Assembly (NCBI GenBank): GCA_013239625.1
Contig: MU053810.1
Span: forward strand, 2,925,518 to 2,989,517
Length of the DNA: 64,000 nucleotides
DNA from: Lama guanicoe
Taxonomy: Eukaryota
Direction of reading: 5' to 3'
Under the pieces are notes generated by a model. That model made no database searches, was not told where the DNA came from, and was given only the letters and a program-made list of their open reading frames with translations. Made by a program: the position numbers and the translations under genes. Shown piece by piece: positions 63,824-64,000 of this stretch. Within the stretch, counting starts at the first letter, position 1. Each line of letters starts with the position of its first letter.

Positions 63824-64000
63824 AGAGTTTATTAAAATAAAATAACACATTCATTCATGCATTCATTCCAGAGAAAAACAGCAGGACCACAGAATCTCCC
63901 TCTCTCCCTCCCATTAAAATCTTCATAAATTAATAAGACATAGAAGCAACACACACAGTTATTGAAGTGAGGCAAAAAATTTCTGTTTGTTACTTGAAAA

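Noticed and set aside
1..64000. CRISPR arrays, operons, endogenous viral ORFs, NUMTs
   Set aside because: Mammalian DNA with no regularly spaced repeat-spacer array, and no viral or mitochondrial similarity recognised by eye. A tblastn search would be needed to exclude very decayed elements.

Overview
Mammalian genomic DNA, very likely camelid (camel/alpaca/llama), judged from several tRNA-Ala-derived Vic-1/VicSINE-type SINEs. The only live protein-coding feature I can support is the 5' end of DNAJC1 (ERdj1/MTJ1) on the minus strand: a CpG-island promoter, coding exon 1 (28947-29159, GT donor) and about 29 kb of intron 1 running off the left edge. The ~35 kb upstream is intergenic. It holds a full-length, TSD-flanked YWHAE (14-3-3 epsilon) processed pseudogene whose poly(A) tail position is occupied by (CA)18, a strong CTCF motif beside it, and a small orphan CpG island inside old L2-like sequence. 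The rest is layered interspersed repeats (L1, L2, L3/CR1, MIR, MaLR/ERVL LTRs, hAT and Tc1-mariner fossils). The most unusual items are a 31-nt tailless 5' fragment of Y5 RNA (2042-2072), a probable L1 3' transduction (24235-24310), the retrocopy's frameshift-free N-truncated ORF, and the orphan CpG island. I see no clear evidence of a new multi-gene system. Repeat family names and reference sequences are recalled from memory, and repeat boundaries without TSDs are approximate.
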